Of a stretch of 64,000 nucleotides of DNA, positions 9,644 to 20,675 are shown one piece after another. The position numbers and the translations under genes are program-made. Source of the DNA: an uncultured Bacteroidales bacterium. GTDB lineage: Bacteria > Bacteroidota > Bacteroidia > Bacteroidales > VadinHA17. The first letter of the stretch is position 1. Every line of letters begins with the position of its first letter. The DNA is taken from NCBI GenBank assembly GCA_963736675.1, contig CAVTPT010000004.1, positions 448,815 to 512,814 of the forward strand. The letters run 5' to 3'. The notes under the pieces were generated by a model that did no database searches, was not told the DNA's origin, and worked only from the letters and a program-made list of their open reading frames with translations.

Positions 9644-10348
9644 CTATTTAAGTTTGAACACATCGTCGGCGACCGGAACATTTACCTCAATTTTCTCAAA
9701 AGTAATAACGCCGGCTTCCATTCCGTTGGCCATGGCAGTTGTCTTTTTTGGCATGATAACACCACTGACTTCAGTGTAGTCGGTCATATATGATTCCACC
9801 TCAATTGAGGTTCCCATCTGCTCGGTAGTGGTTTTCGATTTGACAGGCAACATTGAAACCTTGTCAAGATAAATATATGCAGTACCCGATCCATCAGTAA
9901 CAGCTTTCAGTACGAAAGCAGGTTTCCCGTTCACGTTATCTTCTCCTTCAAGGGTTAGCTTCCCGCTCTTGAAATAATTGAGTATTTCATTTGAAAAAAC
10001 ATTATTGTTCTGAACCTGTTTTAACTGAGCCCCCGTAAGTTCAACCGGTTCCGACGATCCTCCCATGGGATTTATCGTATATCCTTTTTCTCCGTCAAAA
10101 GCTGATGACATTTCCTGACCACCCAGGTTGTAAACAACCTTTATCTTATTAGGATTCTTCATGTACATCGTCATTGGCATCTCCATTCCCATAGCCGACA
10201 TTTTACCTGTTATCTTTATTGTCGTCACTTTGGCAAGCTGGTCTGCTTTAATTGCTGTGGTGTATTTCTTTACTATTTCTTCAAGTGACTGTGCATTAAC
10301 AGCTGTTAATGCAAAAAGTGCTGTCAGGATTAAAATTGATTTTTTCAT
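9644..10348 (-). CDS. secreted LolA-fold / outer-membrane lipoprotein-sorting-like protein
   Basis: Signal peptide ending NAQ and a Met-rich beta-rich sequence. It resembles LolA-like proteins common in Bacteroidota. Recognition only. Confidence 0.55.
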   Translation of the reverse strand: MKKSILILTALFALTAVNAQSLEEIVKKYTTAIKADQLAKVTTIKITGKMSAMGMEMPMTMYMKNPNKIKVVYNLGGQEMSSAFDGEKGYTINPMGGSSEPVELTGAQLKQVQNNNVFSNEILNYFKSGKLTLEGEDNVNGKPAFVLKAVTDGSGTAYIYLDKVSMLPVKSKTTTEQMGTSIEVESYMTDYTEVSGVIMPKKTTAMANGMEAGVITFEKIEVNVPVADDVFKLK

Positions 10349-10365
10349 TGAATTTAAATTAGGGT

Positions 10366-11199
10366 TTATTTATTAAAAGAATTAATTGTGTTTCGTATTG
10401 CCGTCAGCCTGATTAGAAGAGCCTCCAGTCTGTCGAGCTTCAACATGTTGGCCCCGTCCGATTTTGCATTTGCCGGATCAGGATGAGTTTCAATGAAGAT
10501 GCCATCAGCGCCCACACTGATTGCAGCCCTTCCGATAGTCTCAATCATTTCGGGATTTCCTCCGGATACCCCCGATTCCTGGTTAGGTTGCTGAAGCGAA
10601 TGGGTTATATCCATTATTACTGGAACCCCCGATTCCCTAATAACAGGGATGTTCCTGAAATCAACTACAATATCCTGGTACCCGAACATGTTACCCCTGT
10701 CGGTGACCATTACCTTGTCGTTACCGCTATCCCTCACTTTGTCAACTGCGAACTTCATAGACGCACCTGACAGGAACTGCCCTTTTTTTATATTTACCCA
10801 TTTACCTGTTTTCGCAGCAGCAACCAGCAGATCAGTCTGACGGCACAGAAATGCAGGTATCTGAAGAATATCAACATACTCTGCAGCCAGCCCGGCTTCA
10901 TCCGGATTATGTATGTCGGTAATCACCGGAACAGAAAAATTCTTTCTTACCTCTGCCAGAATTCTGAGAGCCTTAACATCTCCGATACCGGAGAACGAGT
11001 CTCCTTTTGATCTGTTTGCTTTCCTGTATGAAGCCTTGAATACAAAGGGGAGCCGGTACTTAATGGCCAGTTTTACAATATATTCGGCTATCTCAAAAGT
11101 GATATCTTCGCTCTCAACGACGCATGGACCGGCGATCAGTAAAAAGTTCCCTGATTCACTGAAACCGATACCCGGTATATCTGAAACTCTGTTTTTCAT
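10366..11199 (-). CDS. kdsA: 3-deoxy-8-phosphooctulonate synthase
   Basis: LIAGPCVVES, FKASYRKANRS, ITDIH, LQIPAFLCRQTDL and DITHSLQ motifs. Confidence 0.9.
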   Translation of the reverse strand: MKNRVSDIPGIGFSESGNFLLIAGPCVVESEDITFEIAEYIVKLAIKYRLPFVFKASYRKANRSKGDSFSGIGDVKALRILAEVRKNFSVPVITDIHNPDEAGLAAEYVDILQIPAFLCRQTDLLVAAAKTGKWVNIKKGQFLSGASMKFAVDKVRDSGNDKVMVTDRGNMFGYQDIVVDFRNIPVIRESGVPVIMDITHSLQQPNQESGVSGGNPEMIETIGRAAISVGADGIFIETHPDPANAKSDGANMLKLDRLEALLIRLTAIRNTINSFNK

Positions 11200-11458
11200 C
11201 AGAATATAATTTTTATTTTAATGGTATGATGCAACCCACATGTCTGAATATTATATACATACGTGTTTGTGTTAGCATAACATGTGGGATTCATTCCGGA
11301 TAGCCTGCCCTGCACAGGCAGGGGCAGAACATATAATCAGAAATGAATTATATCCATTTGTGTTTTTTGCCAAATCAATCATCCGGGTACATTCGAAAGG
11401 TAAATTTAATATTTTATTTCCCTGATTATTTAAAATTATTGTCCAATATTAGTCAATC

Positions 11459-12760
11459 TCATTCCTTATTATAATTGTAATGGTCCTTCCAGAGATCTGC
11501 CATCCTTTTTCTGATTTCTTCCTCCCTGGTGTTGGTACCCGGCTGATAGAACTGCGTTCCGCTGATCTCTTCAGGCAGGAAGTTATCGGCAATAAAATTC
11601 CCCGGGAATGTATGGGCATATTTATACTCTTTCCCATATTCCAGGTCCTTCATCAGCTTTGTAGGGGCATTCCTCAGATGAAGGGGTACCGGCAGGTCTC
11701 CTTTCTCCCTGACAACTCCGACCGCCTTTTCTATTGCCATATATGCTGCATTGCTTTTAGGCGAGGCAGCGAGAAATAGCGCGGTCTCAGAAAGAATTAT
11801 TCTCGACTCGGGCCATCCGATCTTATTGACAGCCTCAAAACATGTATGGGCAAGCAGAAGGGCATTGGGATTTGCCAGTCCTATATCTTCAGCGGCCAGT
11901 ATAACCATTCTCCGGGCAATGAATTTAGGATCCTCACCTCCCTCAACCATTCTTGCCAGCCAGTAAACAGCAGCATTGGGATCGCTGCCTCTCAGTGACT
12001 TAATGAATGCTGATATTATATCATAATGCTGTTCTCCGTTCTTGTCATAAAGGGCAAGGTTCTTCTGTACATGTTTCAGTACCTTTAAATTGTCAATTAC
12101 AATCTTTTCCCTGTTTTCTTCATCAGATTCCGAAGACACCACAAGCTCAAGTGCATTATAAAGTTTCCTGGCATCTCCTCCCGAAATCCTTATAAGCGCT
12201 TCATATTCCTTTATTTCAATTTCAAGCTTTGCCAGGTGCAAGTCTTTTTTAAGTGCCCTGTCAAGAAGTCCCCTGAGTTCCTCCTCGCTCAGCGAGTTCA
12301 TTACATAAACCTGGCAGCGCGATAACAGGGGAGAAATGACCTCAAATGAGGGGTTCTCGGTTGTAGCACCTATCAAAGTAATTATACCCTGCTCAACGGC
12401 GCTTAATAGGGAATCCTGCTGCGATTTGTTAAAACGGTGAATCTCATCAATGAACAAAATTGGATTGGGCTGGTTGAAAAACTGCTGTTTTTTAGCCTTT
12501 TCAATGGTCTCCCTGACATCTTTAACTCCTGAATGGACAGCGCTTAAATGAAAAAACGGCCGTTTCAGGGTTAACGCAATGATCCCGGCCAGGGTAGTTT
12601 TCCCGACTCCCGGAGGACCCCATAGTATAAAAGATGGTATGTTACCCGATTCAATAGCCTTGCGAAGAATTGCATTCTTCCCGACAAGATGCTCCTGACC
12701 GCAGAACTCATCAATTTCTTTCGGCCTTAGCCTTTCCGCAAGTGGTTGATTTGTCAGCAT
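11459..12760 (-). CDS. rarA: replication-associated recombination protein A (AAA ATPase)
   Basis: LAERLRP N-terminus, Walker A GPPGVGKTT, Walker B LFIDEIHRFNK, and the MgsA C-terminal region (YDIISAFIKSLRGSDPNAAVYWLARM). Confidence 0.9.
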   Translation of the reverse strand: MLTNQPLAERLRPKEIDEFCGQEHLVGKNAILRKAIESGNIPSFILWGPPGVGKTTLAGIIALTLKRPFFHLSAVHSGVKDVRETIEKAKKQQFFNQPNPILFIDEIHRFNKSQQDSLLSAVEQGIITLIGATTENPSFEVISPLLSRCQVYVMNSLSEEELRGLLDRALKKDLHLAKLEIEIKEYEALIRISGGDARKLYNALELVVSSESDEENREKIVIDNLKVLKHVQKNLALYDKNGEQHYDIISAFIKSLRGSDPNAAVYWLARMVEGGEDPKFIARRMVILAAEDIGLANPNALLLAHTCFEAVNKIGWPESRIILSETALFLAASPKSNAAYMAIEKAVGVVREKGDLPVPLHLRNAPTKLMKDLEYGKEYKYAHTFPGNFIADNFLPEEISGTQFYQPGTNTREEEIRKRMADLWKDHYNYNKE

Positions 12761-12775
12761 CAGTTAATATTTCTG

Positions 12776-12783
12776 CAAAAATA
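12776..12783 (-). promoter_or_regulatory. candidate -7 box (TATTTTTG on - strand) upstream of rarA
   Basis: TAnnTTTG match 16-23 nt upstream of the rarA ATG. Motif match only. Confidence 0.25.
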
Positions 12784-13168
12784 TAAAAAACAATCATAGG
12801 AATTTCCGAATATGGTCATGCTCCGTTTTCATAACCTCGGGAATTTTTTCCACCATCATGATTATTTACCGGCGGCAGTTGATACATAGGCAATTCATGG
12901 ACTTACTGACATGTGATACAATTGAAAGAATTAAACAACTATCAGGTTTTTTGTGTGGTTCAGGTACTAAATATCGGTTTAAAAGTACTCCTGCTCCTGC
13001 ATTTACACTACCTTAAGACCTATTGCAGTTCAAGATTTTTTACTAAATTGCCTCAAATTTATTTTCTTGGAAAAAAATAAATTAATACTTTTAACAGCTG
13101 AAATAGTAATATTCAGTCAATTATTGCAGTTATATTGTATTTGAATACTGTCACATATTTACTAAGTT

Positions 13169-14323
13169 ATGAAAAAGCCGCTTCTAATATTAATTATCAT
13201 TCTGGCAGTAATCTTAGCCCTTCCCTTCATAAACTTTATCCGCTGGAATTTTCAGACGAAAAAACCTATGGATATAGTGATCCTCGACAAAACAGTTCCA
13301 ACCCTTGACCGTGAAAAACACAAATCCCTCAACTGGATACTGACAAATGAAAGGTTTGTAAAAAAGGACAGGAAAAGCAGCTATTCGTATAGAAAAGACT
13401 ATTATGGTTTTGCTCCGACAAGGCCTTTAAAGGAGAGAGGCAGCTTTAAAAACGAATACCGTCTTTCCGACATGATCGAATTACCAGAAAAGAGTGATGC
13501 CTTATATATCACCGATACATATGGTGTTTTCTTTAACGACTGGTACAGCGGGATCAATAAAAGCCGGAAATCCCGAAAACTTTATGGGGGCCTTAATAAC
13601 AACGATTACCTTCTGATAAACGAAATGAAGGAGAGAAATAAACTTATCATTCTTGAATATAATTCATTTGATTACCCCACAGCACAGTTTGACTCTTACA
13701 GGACCCAGGAAAAACTCGGTATAACTTTCTCGGGGTGGACAGGCAAATATTTTGCTAGCCTTGATACAACGGATAAGGAGTTTCCCATCTGGATGACAGC
13801 TATGTACAGGAAAGAGTACAGGAAGCCATGGACCTTTACCAGACCCGGTGTAGTCCTTCTGACCGAAAAGAACATTATTGTTCTGGAAGAAGGAACCCAC
13901 CTCACCAAAGCAATGCCCGGGATCATAACTGATGATGAAAACTGTACAAAATACGGAGTGCCATCTTCAGTTGCCTTCGCTAACTGGTTCGATATAATTG
14001 ACCCGATCTCAAACAAAGTGATCTCAAAGTTCAAACTCGAGACCACAGCATTGGGGGATACCCTCCTGGAAGCAAATGGTATCTCCGGGGAATTTCCTGC
14101 AGTTGTTCAGGACCCGGTCAGTAACAGGATATACTATTTTTCCGGTGATTTTGCCACAAATCCTGTCTGGTACCCTACATCAAGGATCAAAGGTTTTAAT
14201 AAGCTCAAAGGAATTCTCTATTCAACAAAACCTGATGACCCGAGAAGGTTTTTCTGGCTCTACTACCGGCCTTTGATACAAAATATCTTTGACGAATATT
14301 ATTTGTCGTTGAATAAAAATTAG
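13169..14323 (+). CDS. membrane-anchored conserved hypothetical protein
   Basis: 384-aa ORF with an N-terminal TM anchor (LLILIIILAVILALPFI). The remainder is Trp/Tyr-rich and soluble. No family recognised. Confidence 0.6.
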   Translation: MKKPLLILIIILAVILALPFINFIRWNFQTKKPMDIVILDKTVPTLDREKHKSLNWILTNERFVKKDRKSSYSYRKDYYGFAPTRPLKERGSFKNEYRLSDMIELPEKSDALYITDTYGVFFNDWYSGINKSRKSRKLYGGLNNNDYLLINEMKERNKLIILEYNSFDYPTAQFDSYRTQEKLGITFSGWTGKYFASLDTTDKEFPIWMTAMYRKEYRKPWTFTRPGVVLLTEKNIIVLEEGTHLTKAMPGIITDDENCTKYGVPSSVAFANWFDIIDPISNKVISKFKLETTALGDTLLEANGISGEFPAVVQDPVSNRIYYFSGDFATNPVWYPTSRIKGFNKLKGILYSTKPDDPRRFFWLYYRPLIQNIFDEYYLSLNKN

Positions 14324-14411
14324 TCGTCACCCGGCTCTGACCATAAAATACGGACAGGTTCATAACGGACCTGCCCTTTTTATTTACTGTTACTTTAATA
14401 CTTTTTATGAA

Positions 14412-15182
14412 ATGAGACTGACTATTGTTCAATATGATATAGCATGGGAAGCGAAGGAGAAGAATTTTGAACGGATAGAAAAGCTCCTCGGACCCGGGTT
14501 CGGAAATACCGATCTTGTTGTATTACCTGAGATGTTCTCAACAGGATTCTCTATGGATGCCCTGAAATTTTCTGAACCCCCCGGGTCGCTGACATGCGAA
14601 TGGATGGCGGAAACAGCCTCCAAAGGTAATTTCGGTTTGTGTGGCAGCTTTATTGCAGTGGAAAATGATCAGTATTATAACAGATGGTTGTTTGTCACAC
14701 CAGGGAAAGAGGTCTTTATCTACGATAAAAGACATCTTTTCAGTATTGAGGGAGAGGATAAGGTTTATTCCCCGGGCAGGACAAGGATAGTGTTTTCATT
14801 CAGAGGGATCAGAATTTGCCCCAATATTTGCTATGATCTCAGGTTCCCGGTATGGAGCAGAAACAGGAACGATTATGATCTTCTCATAAATTCGGCAAAC
14901 TGGCCGGGAAGCAGGAGAGTGGTATGGCAGACCCTTCTCAGGGCAAGGGCCATTGAAAATCAATGTTATGTTGCCGGATCGAACAGGACCGGGATTGACG
15001 GTAACGGAATATTTTATACCGGAGATTCAGTCATCATTGGTCCTAAAGGGGAGACTATCTCAGATTCAGCGGAAAATATTGAGGGTCTGATAAATGGGGA
15101 GATCTCATTATCCGAACTTGATGATTTCCGCCGCAAATTTCCTGTTTCAGAAGATGCCGACGATTTTATACTCAGCCTTTAA
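14412..15182 (+). CDS. carbon-nitrogen hydrolase (nitrilase superfamily, omega-amidase/YafV-like)
   Basis: The Glu-Lys-Cys triad context is visible: LVVLPEMF (E), YDKRHLF (K), ICYDLRFP (C). Confidence 0.85.
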   Translation: MRLTIVQYDIAWEAKEKNFERIEKLLGPGFGNTDLVVLPEMFSTGFSMDALKFSEPPGSLTCEWMAETASKGNFGLCGSFIAVENDQYYNRWLFVTPGKEVFIYDKRHLFSIEGEDKVYSPGRTRIVFSFRGIRICPNICYDLRFPVWSRNRNDYDLLINSANWPGSRRVVWQTLLRARAIENQCYVAGSNRTGIDGNGIFYTGDSVIIGPKGETISDSAENIEGLINGEISLSELDDFRRKFPVSEDADDFILSL

Positions 15183-15272
15183 CCTTTCCGCATTCGCGGG
15201 ATTGAGTCACTTCGTGCCTCAACAGTTTTTCTTGCTCACGCCTCACACCTTTTTTTCGCCTCACGCCTTTTT

Positions 15273-18215
15273 TCAGTCTCTTATCAGCGCTTCATACAGT
15301 ATCTCAGCCGGGTGCCTGGCAATTCTTCCGGTACCATCTTTGATCTGATGCCTGCAGCTTGTCCCTGGCGCTGCAATAAGTGTATCCTTGTCGGAATTCC
15401 TGACAGCGGGGAACAAAATCATTTCTCCGACCCTGACAGAGAGATCGTAATGCTCCTTCTCGTATCCGAACGATCCGGCCATGCCACAGCAGCCCGACGG
15501 TATTTCGGTCACTGAGTAATTCCCTGGTATTGAGAGCATAGCAATTGTCGGGGCGGATGAGGAGATCGCTTTCTGCTGACAATGAGCATGAAGGAGAATA
15601 CGGGCAGGGTCACTTACGAAAGATTCGCGTTTTATCCTTCCCGCCTTAAACTCATTTACAATAAACTCGTCGAGCAGAAGGCAATTTTCCGCAAGTCTGA
15701 TTGATTTCTCCTTCAGGTCGTCACCGACAAGATCAGGGTACTCATCACGAAAACCAAGTATTGCTGACGGTTCGATACCGATAAGCGGATTACCGGAAGA
15801 GATATTACCGCTTAAAATTTCTACATTCCTCCTGGCAATTTTCCGGGCACTTCTTACCAGCCCTTTTGAGATAAATGTGCGGCCGCTTAATGAGTGTTCC
15901 GGTATTATTACTCTGTAATTAAGGGAAGTCAGCAGCCTGATTACCGCAATTCCGGCTTCAGTATCATTATAGTCGGTGAATTCGTCAATAAAAAGTGAAA
16001 CCGATCCGGCAGGATCTGACGGATTGATTGAGGGGAGGTTTTTACGGGCCCATCTTTTCAGGGTGGTCTTATATAATAATGGAATACTTCTCCCGCGGGC
16101 AAAGCCAGCTATTTGTTTCAGTAAACCGGAAAAGAATCTGTTCCGCAGGAAAAAATTATAAATTCCCGGTGCCAGCGAGCCCAGCCTGTTAAATGTTGAT
16201 ATATATGCAATTAATCTTGTTCTCAGCGGGATCCCGTGCCTGTCGTACCAGTGCTGGAGAAACTCCGACTTAAGTTTTGCCATGTCGACTCCTGAAGGAC
16301 ATTCTGATTTGCATCCCTTGCACGACAGGCACAGATCCAGTATATCATATATCTCCCTGTGGTCCCACGGATCAGGACTCTCATCGCTCAAAAATTCCCT
16401 CATTACATTTGCCCGTGCCCTGGTAGTATTTGCCTCTTCACCCGTTGCCATAAAACTCGGGCACATTGTTCCGCCTATTAATACGGATTTTCTGCAATCG
16501 GCCGATCCGTTGCATTTCTCTGTGGCCCTGAGGAGTCCCGCTGTGGAGGAAAAATCATAGAGAGTGTCTATATCCCTTGTCTTCTTTCCCGCAACGTACC
16601 TGAGGTTACTGTTCATCAGGGGTGTTGATGTAATTTTACCGGGGTTCAGTATATTTCCGGGATCCCAGCAGTTTTTTACCTCACACAGCAACCTGAAATT
16701 ATTCTCTCCCAGAATAATTGGAATAAACTCCCCCCTCAGTCGTCCGTCGCCATGTTCGCCGCTCATTGAGCCCCTGTATTTTTTTACCAGCCGGGCAGTT
16801 TTTAACCCGATAGTCCGGAATAATTCAACATCCTGAGTATCCTTAAGGTTAAGAACAGGTCTGATATGAAGTTCCCCGGTGCCTATATGAGCATGATAAA
16901 CCGAGTCCCTGCCATACTCAGCAAGGATCTTCTCAAGTTCATTAATGTAATCGTCGAGTTGTTCGACCCTCACGGCAGTATCTTCAATAAGTGAAACCGG
17001 TTTGGGATCACCTTTCATATTTGCCAGTATCCCGAGACCTGCCTTTCTCAGGTCCCATACCTTTGAAATATCTTTCCCTTTAATCACAGGCCAGGAGTAA
17101 CCGTAACCTGCCGTTTTAAGCTCACGTATCAGTTCGCTTACAACTTCATCAAGTTCTCCGATGGTGTCGCGGGCAAATTCCACAATGGTTATTGATCCCG
17201 GCCTGCCTTCAAGAAAAAAACGGTTGTTTTTCTGACTTATATTGCCTTCGGTAAGTTCAAGAATCCGGTTGTCCATCATCTCTACTGCCGAAGGTTTAAG
17301 TCTCAGAGCTATCATGTTGGCCTTAAAGGCTTCGTTACGTTCCCTGTGATGAACGCAAACAAGAGCCTTGTGAGCAGGAGGAAGCGGAACGAGATTCAGC
17401 TTTATCTCCGTGACGATTGCCAGGGTTCCTTCCGATCCTGCGATAAGCCTGCTGAAATTGAACGGCCTTACCGAAGTTTTATCAAATACTCCGGAGCTCA
17501 TCAGCAGATCAAGAGCATAACCGGTATTCCTTCTTGGAATGGCCCGGTCGGGATACTCTTCAGTAATACTGTTAATGTTCTCCGGGTTTTCCAGGATATC
17601 CCTTATATTACGGTAAATCTTTCCTTCAAGATTTTCAGCGTTGCATTTTGCCTCGAACCCTGGTCTGTCAAGCGGACCGAATATTGCCTCGCTACCATCG
17701 CTGAGAAGGACTTTCAACTCAAGAGTGTGGTCGCGGGTTGATCCATAAATAACAGAATGCAAGCCACATGCATTATTCCCGACCATCCCTCCTATATTAC
17801 ATCTGTTGGCGGTAGATGTTTCGGGACCGAAGAATAATCCGTATTTCTTAAGGTATATGTTAAGCTCGTCGAGAACAACTCCCGGCTCCACCTTTACCCA
17901 TTTTTCACTGCTGTTTATCTCCACGATCCTGTTCATGTGTTTGGATATGTCAACAACGATACCTGAGCCTACCACCTGGCCTGCAAGGGACGTCCCTGCT
18001 GCCCTGACAATCACATTTGTCTTCTCATCCGATGCAAAGTGAAGGATCTTCCGGATATCGGCAGTTCCTTTTGGCCATATGACTGCGACCGGTTTCTCTT
18101 TATAAACTGATGCATCAGTTGAATAAATGGTTCTTGTAACAGTATCATATCTGAGCTCACCATCAAGGGAAGCTTTAAGTGATTCCAGCCGTGAATTGAA
18201 AGAGTCCATATACAA
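15273..18215 (-). CDS. FAD-binding plus Fe-S/CCG-domain oxidoreductase (GlcD-GlcF fusion, YdiJ-like 2-hydroxyacid dehydrogenase)
   Basis: 980 aa. N-terminal FAD_binding_4 region (VRAAGTSLAGQ), Cys clusters (CLSCKGCKSECP), and a C-terminal CCG motif (GCCGMAGSFGY). Confidence 0.85.
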   Translation of the reverse strand: MYMDSFNSRLESLKASLDGELRYDTVTRTIYSTDASVYKEKPVAVIWPKGTADIRKILHFASDEKTNVIVRAAGTSLAGQVVGSGIVVDISKHMNRIVEINSSEKWVKVEPGVVLDELNIYLKKYGLFFGPETSTANRCNIGGMVGNNACGLHSVIYGSTRDHTLELKVLLSDGSEAIFGPLDRPGFEAKCNAENLEGKIYRNIRDILENPENINSITEEYPDRAIPRRNTGYALDLLMSSGVFDKTSVRPFNFSRLIAGSEGTLAIVTEIKLNLVPLPPAHKALVCVHHRERNEAFKANMIALRLKPSAVEMMDNRILELTEGNISQKNNRFFLEGRPGSITIVEFARDTIGELDEVVSELIRELKTAGYGYSWPVIKGKDISKVWDLRKAGLGILANMKGDPKPVSLIEDTAVRVEQLDDYINELEKILAEYGRDSVYHAHIGTGELHIRPVLNLKDTQDVELFRTIGLKTARLVKKYRGSMSGEHGDGRLRGEFIPIILGENNFRLLCEVKNCWDPGNILNPGKITSTPLMNSNLRYVAGKKTRDIDTLYDFSSTAGLLRATEKCNGSADCRKSVLIGGTMCPSFMATGEEANTTRARANVMREFLSDESPDPWDHREIYDILDLCLSCKGCKSECPSGVDMAKLKSEFLQHWYDRHGIPLRTRLIAYISTFNRLGSLAPGIYNFFLRNRFFSGLLKQIAGFARGRSIPLLYKTTLKRWARKNLPSINPSDPAGSVSLFIDEFTDYNDTEAGIAVIRLLTSLNYRVIIPEHSLSGRTFISKGLVRSARKIARRNVEILSGNISSGNPLIGIEPSAILGFRDEYPDLVGDDLKEKSIRLAENCLLLDEFIVNEFKAGRIKRESFVSDPARILLHAHCQQKAISSSAPTIAMLSIPGNYSVTEIPSGCCGMAGSFGYEKEHYDLSVRVGEMILFPAVRNSDKDTLIAAPGTSCRHQIKDGTGRIARHPAEILYEALIRD

Positions 18216-18400
18216 TCAAAAGTTGAAGCTGCTAATTTAGGAAATCATTGGTCATTTTCTAAAAAAGAGTTTACAGCCTGCCGGATTATAATAAAAAACA
18301 TCTTACCTGACAATAATCATGTATTTTATGGTAGTTTAATAGCGCTTTTTTTTCGTACATTTAAACAAAAAAATATTATAATTTAAATTACTGATACACA

Positions 18401-19408
18401 ATGGAATTATTGGATCGCATCAAATTAAATGCAAAAAAATATAACATGAGGATAGTTCTTCCCGAAGGATACGAGGAGAGAACTATTAAGGCTGCAGACA
18501 AGGCTATTGAAGAAGGTCTGGCAGAAATTATTCTGATAGGAGATCCGGAGGAGATAAAATCGCATGCTGCTGCTCTGGGACTAAAAAACATTTCAAAAGC
18601 CACAATTGTAAATCCAAAGGCGCACGGGAAAAAAGATCATTATATCAACCTGATGGTCGAGCTGCGTAAAAGCAAGGGCATGACCCGTGAAGAAGCTGCA
18701 AAATTGATTGAGGATCCCCTTTATCTTGGAGTTTTGATGATAAAAAATGGTGACGCCGACGGTGAGGTTTCAGGTGCTGATCATGCCACAGGAGATGTCC
18801 TGAGGCCAGCTTTCCAGTATGTTAAGACGGCTCCTGGCATTTCGGTTGTCTCAGGGGCCTTTATTATGATCCTTCCTGAAAAAAATTACGGTGCAGACGG
18901 CGTTATGATATTTGCTGATGGAGCCGTTCATCCCGATCCTACCGACAAAGAACTTGCCGAAATTGCGGTTGCATCAGCCCAGACAGCAAAAACCCTTGCC
19001 GGTTTTGAACCCAAGGTAGCCTTACTGAGTTTCTCGACAAAGGGTAGTGCACGACATGCACTTGTCGATAAAGTTGTCAGTGCTACTAAAATAGCGAAAG
19101 AGATGGCTCCCGACCTGCTGATTGACGGAGAACTCCAGGTCGATGCCGCGCTTGTGGAAGCAATATGTGTTAAAAAAGCTCCCGGCAGCCCTATTGCCGG
19201 TAAGGCCAATGTGCTGATCTTCCCCAACCTCGAATCAGGAAATATTGCCTATAAACTGGTTCAGCGTCTGGCTAATGCAGAAGCTATCGGACCAATTCTT
19301 CAGGGAATGGCTGCTCCCATAAATGACCTTTCGAGAGGCTGCTCGGTAAGTGATATAGTGAGTATGATCGCGATTACGGCAAACCAGGCTGCAGCAAAAA
19401 CAAACTGA
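18401..19408 (+). CDS. pta: phosphate acetyltransferase
   Basis: PTA_PTB fold of 335 aa (IVLPEG..ERTIKAA, SGADHATGDVLRPA, FSTKGSA, NVLIFPNLESGNIAYK). Immediately upstream of ackA. Confidence 0.9.
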   Translation: MELLDRIKLNAKKYNMRIVLPEGYEERTIKAADKAIEEGLAEIILIGDPEEIKSHAAALGLKNISKATIVNPKAHGKKDHYINLMVELRKSKGMTREEAAKLIEDPLYLGVLMIKNGDADGEVSGADHATGDVLRPAFQYVKTAPGISVVSGAFIMILPEKNYGADGVMIFADGAVHPDPTDKELAEIAVASAQTAKTLAGFEPKVALLSFSTKGSARHALVDKVVSATKIAKEMAPDLLIDGELQVDAALVEAICVKKAPGSPIAGKANVLIFPNLESGNIAYKLVQRLANAEAIGPILQGMAAPINDLSRGCSVSDIVSMIAITANQAAAKTN

Positions 19409-19438
19409 CTTTAGATTAATTTATAAATATATTTTGAA

Positions 19439-20650
19439 ATGATTATCCTTGTTTTAAATTGCGGAAGCTCTTCAATAAAATATCAGTTATTCAATATGGG
19501 AGAAAAGGCGGAGATGCTCGCCAAAGGCCTTCTTGAACGCATCGGACTGAATGATAGTATTCTGACACATAAACCCACAGGTAAGGAGCCTTATAAAGTG
19601 ATTCATGATATTCCTGATCATACAACAGGTATTAACCTTGTAATGGCTGCACTGACTGATCCGAAACATGGTGTTATAAAGAACGTAAATGAGATCAAGG
19701 CTGTTGGTCACAGAGTGGTGAATGGTGGTGAGAGTTATAAAGAGAGTATCCTGGTCGACAATGAGGTAAAGAAGCAAATCGAGATATGCAGCGAGCTTGC
19801 GCCCCTGCACAATCCCGCTAACCTTAAAGGTATCCTTTCTGTCGAGAAACTGATACCGGGAGTTCCCCAGGTTGCAGTATTTGATACATCTTTCCATCAG
19901 ACAATGCCTGACTATGCCTATATGTACGCTCTGCCATACGAGTATTATGAGAGATACAAGATAAGAAAGTACGGGTATCACGGTACAAGCCACAAATTTG
20001 TAGCTTCAAAAGCTGCCGGTCTTTTAGGCAGGGATGTGAAGGACCTTAAGATAATCACGTGCCATCTTGGTAACGGTGCATCAATAACTGCTATTCGCAA
20101 TGGTAATTCAATTGACACATCAATGGGCTTTACTCCGGTCGACGGGCTGATAATGGGAACCAGGACAGGGGAGATTGATCCCGGAGTACTTATCTATATT
20201 GCCGACAAGGAACACCTTAACGTAACCGGTGTAAATAATCTTATCAACAAGAAAAGCGGTGTAGCAGGTATTTCGCAGCTCTCTTCCGATATGCGCGATC
20301 TTGAACTGGCAGCTATGGAGGGAAATGAAAAGGCAATTCTTGCATTGAATATGTACGCATATAAAGTAAAGAAGTTCATCGGATCATATATAGCGGTTCT
20401 AAATGGCCTTGATCTTCTTGTATTTACAGGTGGAGTAGGGGAAAATGACTATAAAATGAGGGCTATGATCTGTACCGGCATGGAGAACCTGGGTATTATT
20501 TTTGACAAAGCAACAAACGACGGGAAGAAGGGCAAAGACCTTATAATCTCGAAACCTGAATCGAAAGTGAAGGTAATGTGTATCACCACCGACGAAGAAT
20601 TTGTTATTGCCTCTGATACCCGTTATATTATTGAACATCATACTGTATGA
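19439..20650 (+). CDS. ackA: acetate kinase
   Basis: ILVLNCGSSSIKYQL, HRVVNGG, AVFDTSFHQTMP, RKYGYHGTSH and FTGGVGEN motifs. Confidence 0.95.
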   Translation: MIILVLNCGSSSIKYQLFNMGEKAEMLAKGLLERIGLNDSILTHKPTGKEPYKVIHDIPDHTTGINLVMAALTDPKHGVIKNVNEIKAVGHRVVNGGESYKESILVDNEVKKQIEICSELAPLHNPANLKGILSVEKLIPGVPQVAVFDTSFHQTMPDYAYMYALPYEYYERYKIRKYGYHGTSHKFVASKAAGLLGRDVKDLKIITCHLGNGASITAIRNGNSIDTSMGFTPVDGLIMGTRTGEIDPGVLIYIADKEHLNVTGVNNLINKKSGVAGISQLSSDMRDLELAAMEGNEKAILALNMYAYKVKKFIGSYIAVLNGLDLLVFTGGVGENDYKMRAMICTGMENLGIIFDKATNDGKKGKDLIISKPESKVKVMCITTDEEFVIASDTRYIIEHHTV

Positions 20651-20675
20651 CAATGAAACAGTAAAAAACAATTAT

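Noticed and set aside
11235-11288. 9-bp inverted repeat CCCACATGT / ACATGTGGG with a 36-nt loop, upstream of kdsA
   Set aside because: It is a single imperfect hairpin with a large loop. It has no flanking U-run and no recognisable riboswitch or leader features. The evidence is too weak to call a regulatory element.
14324-14411. Possible terminator after the 13169-14323 gene
   Set aside because: Only a 4-bp perfect stem (CAGG/CCTG) precedes the T-run, which is too weak to report as a feature.
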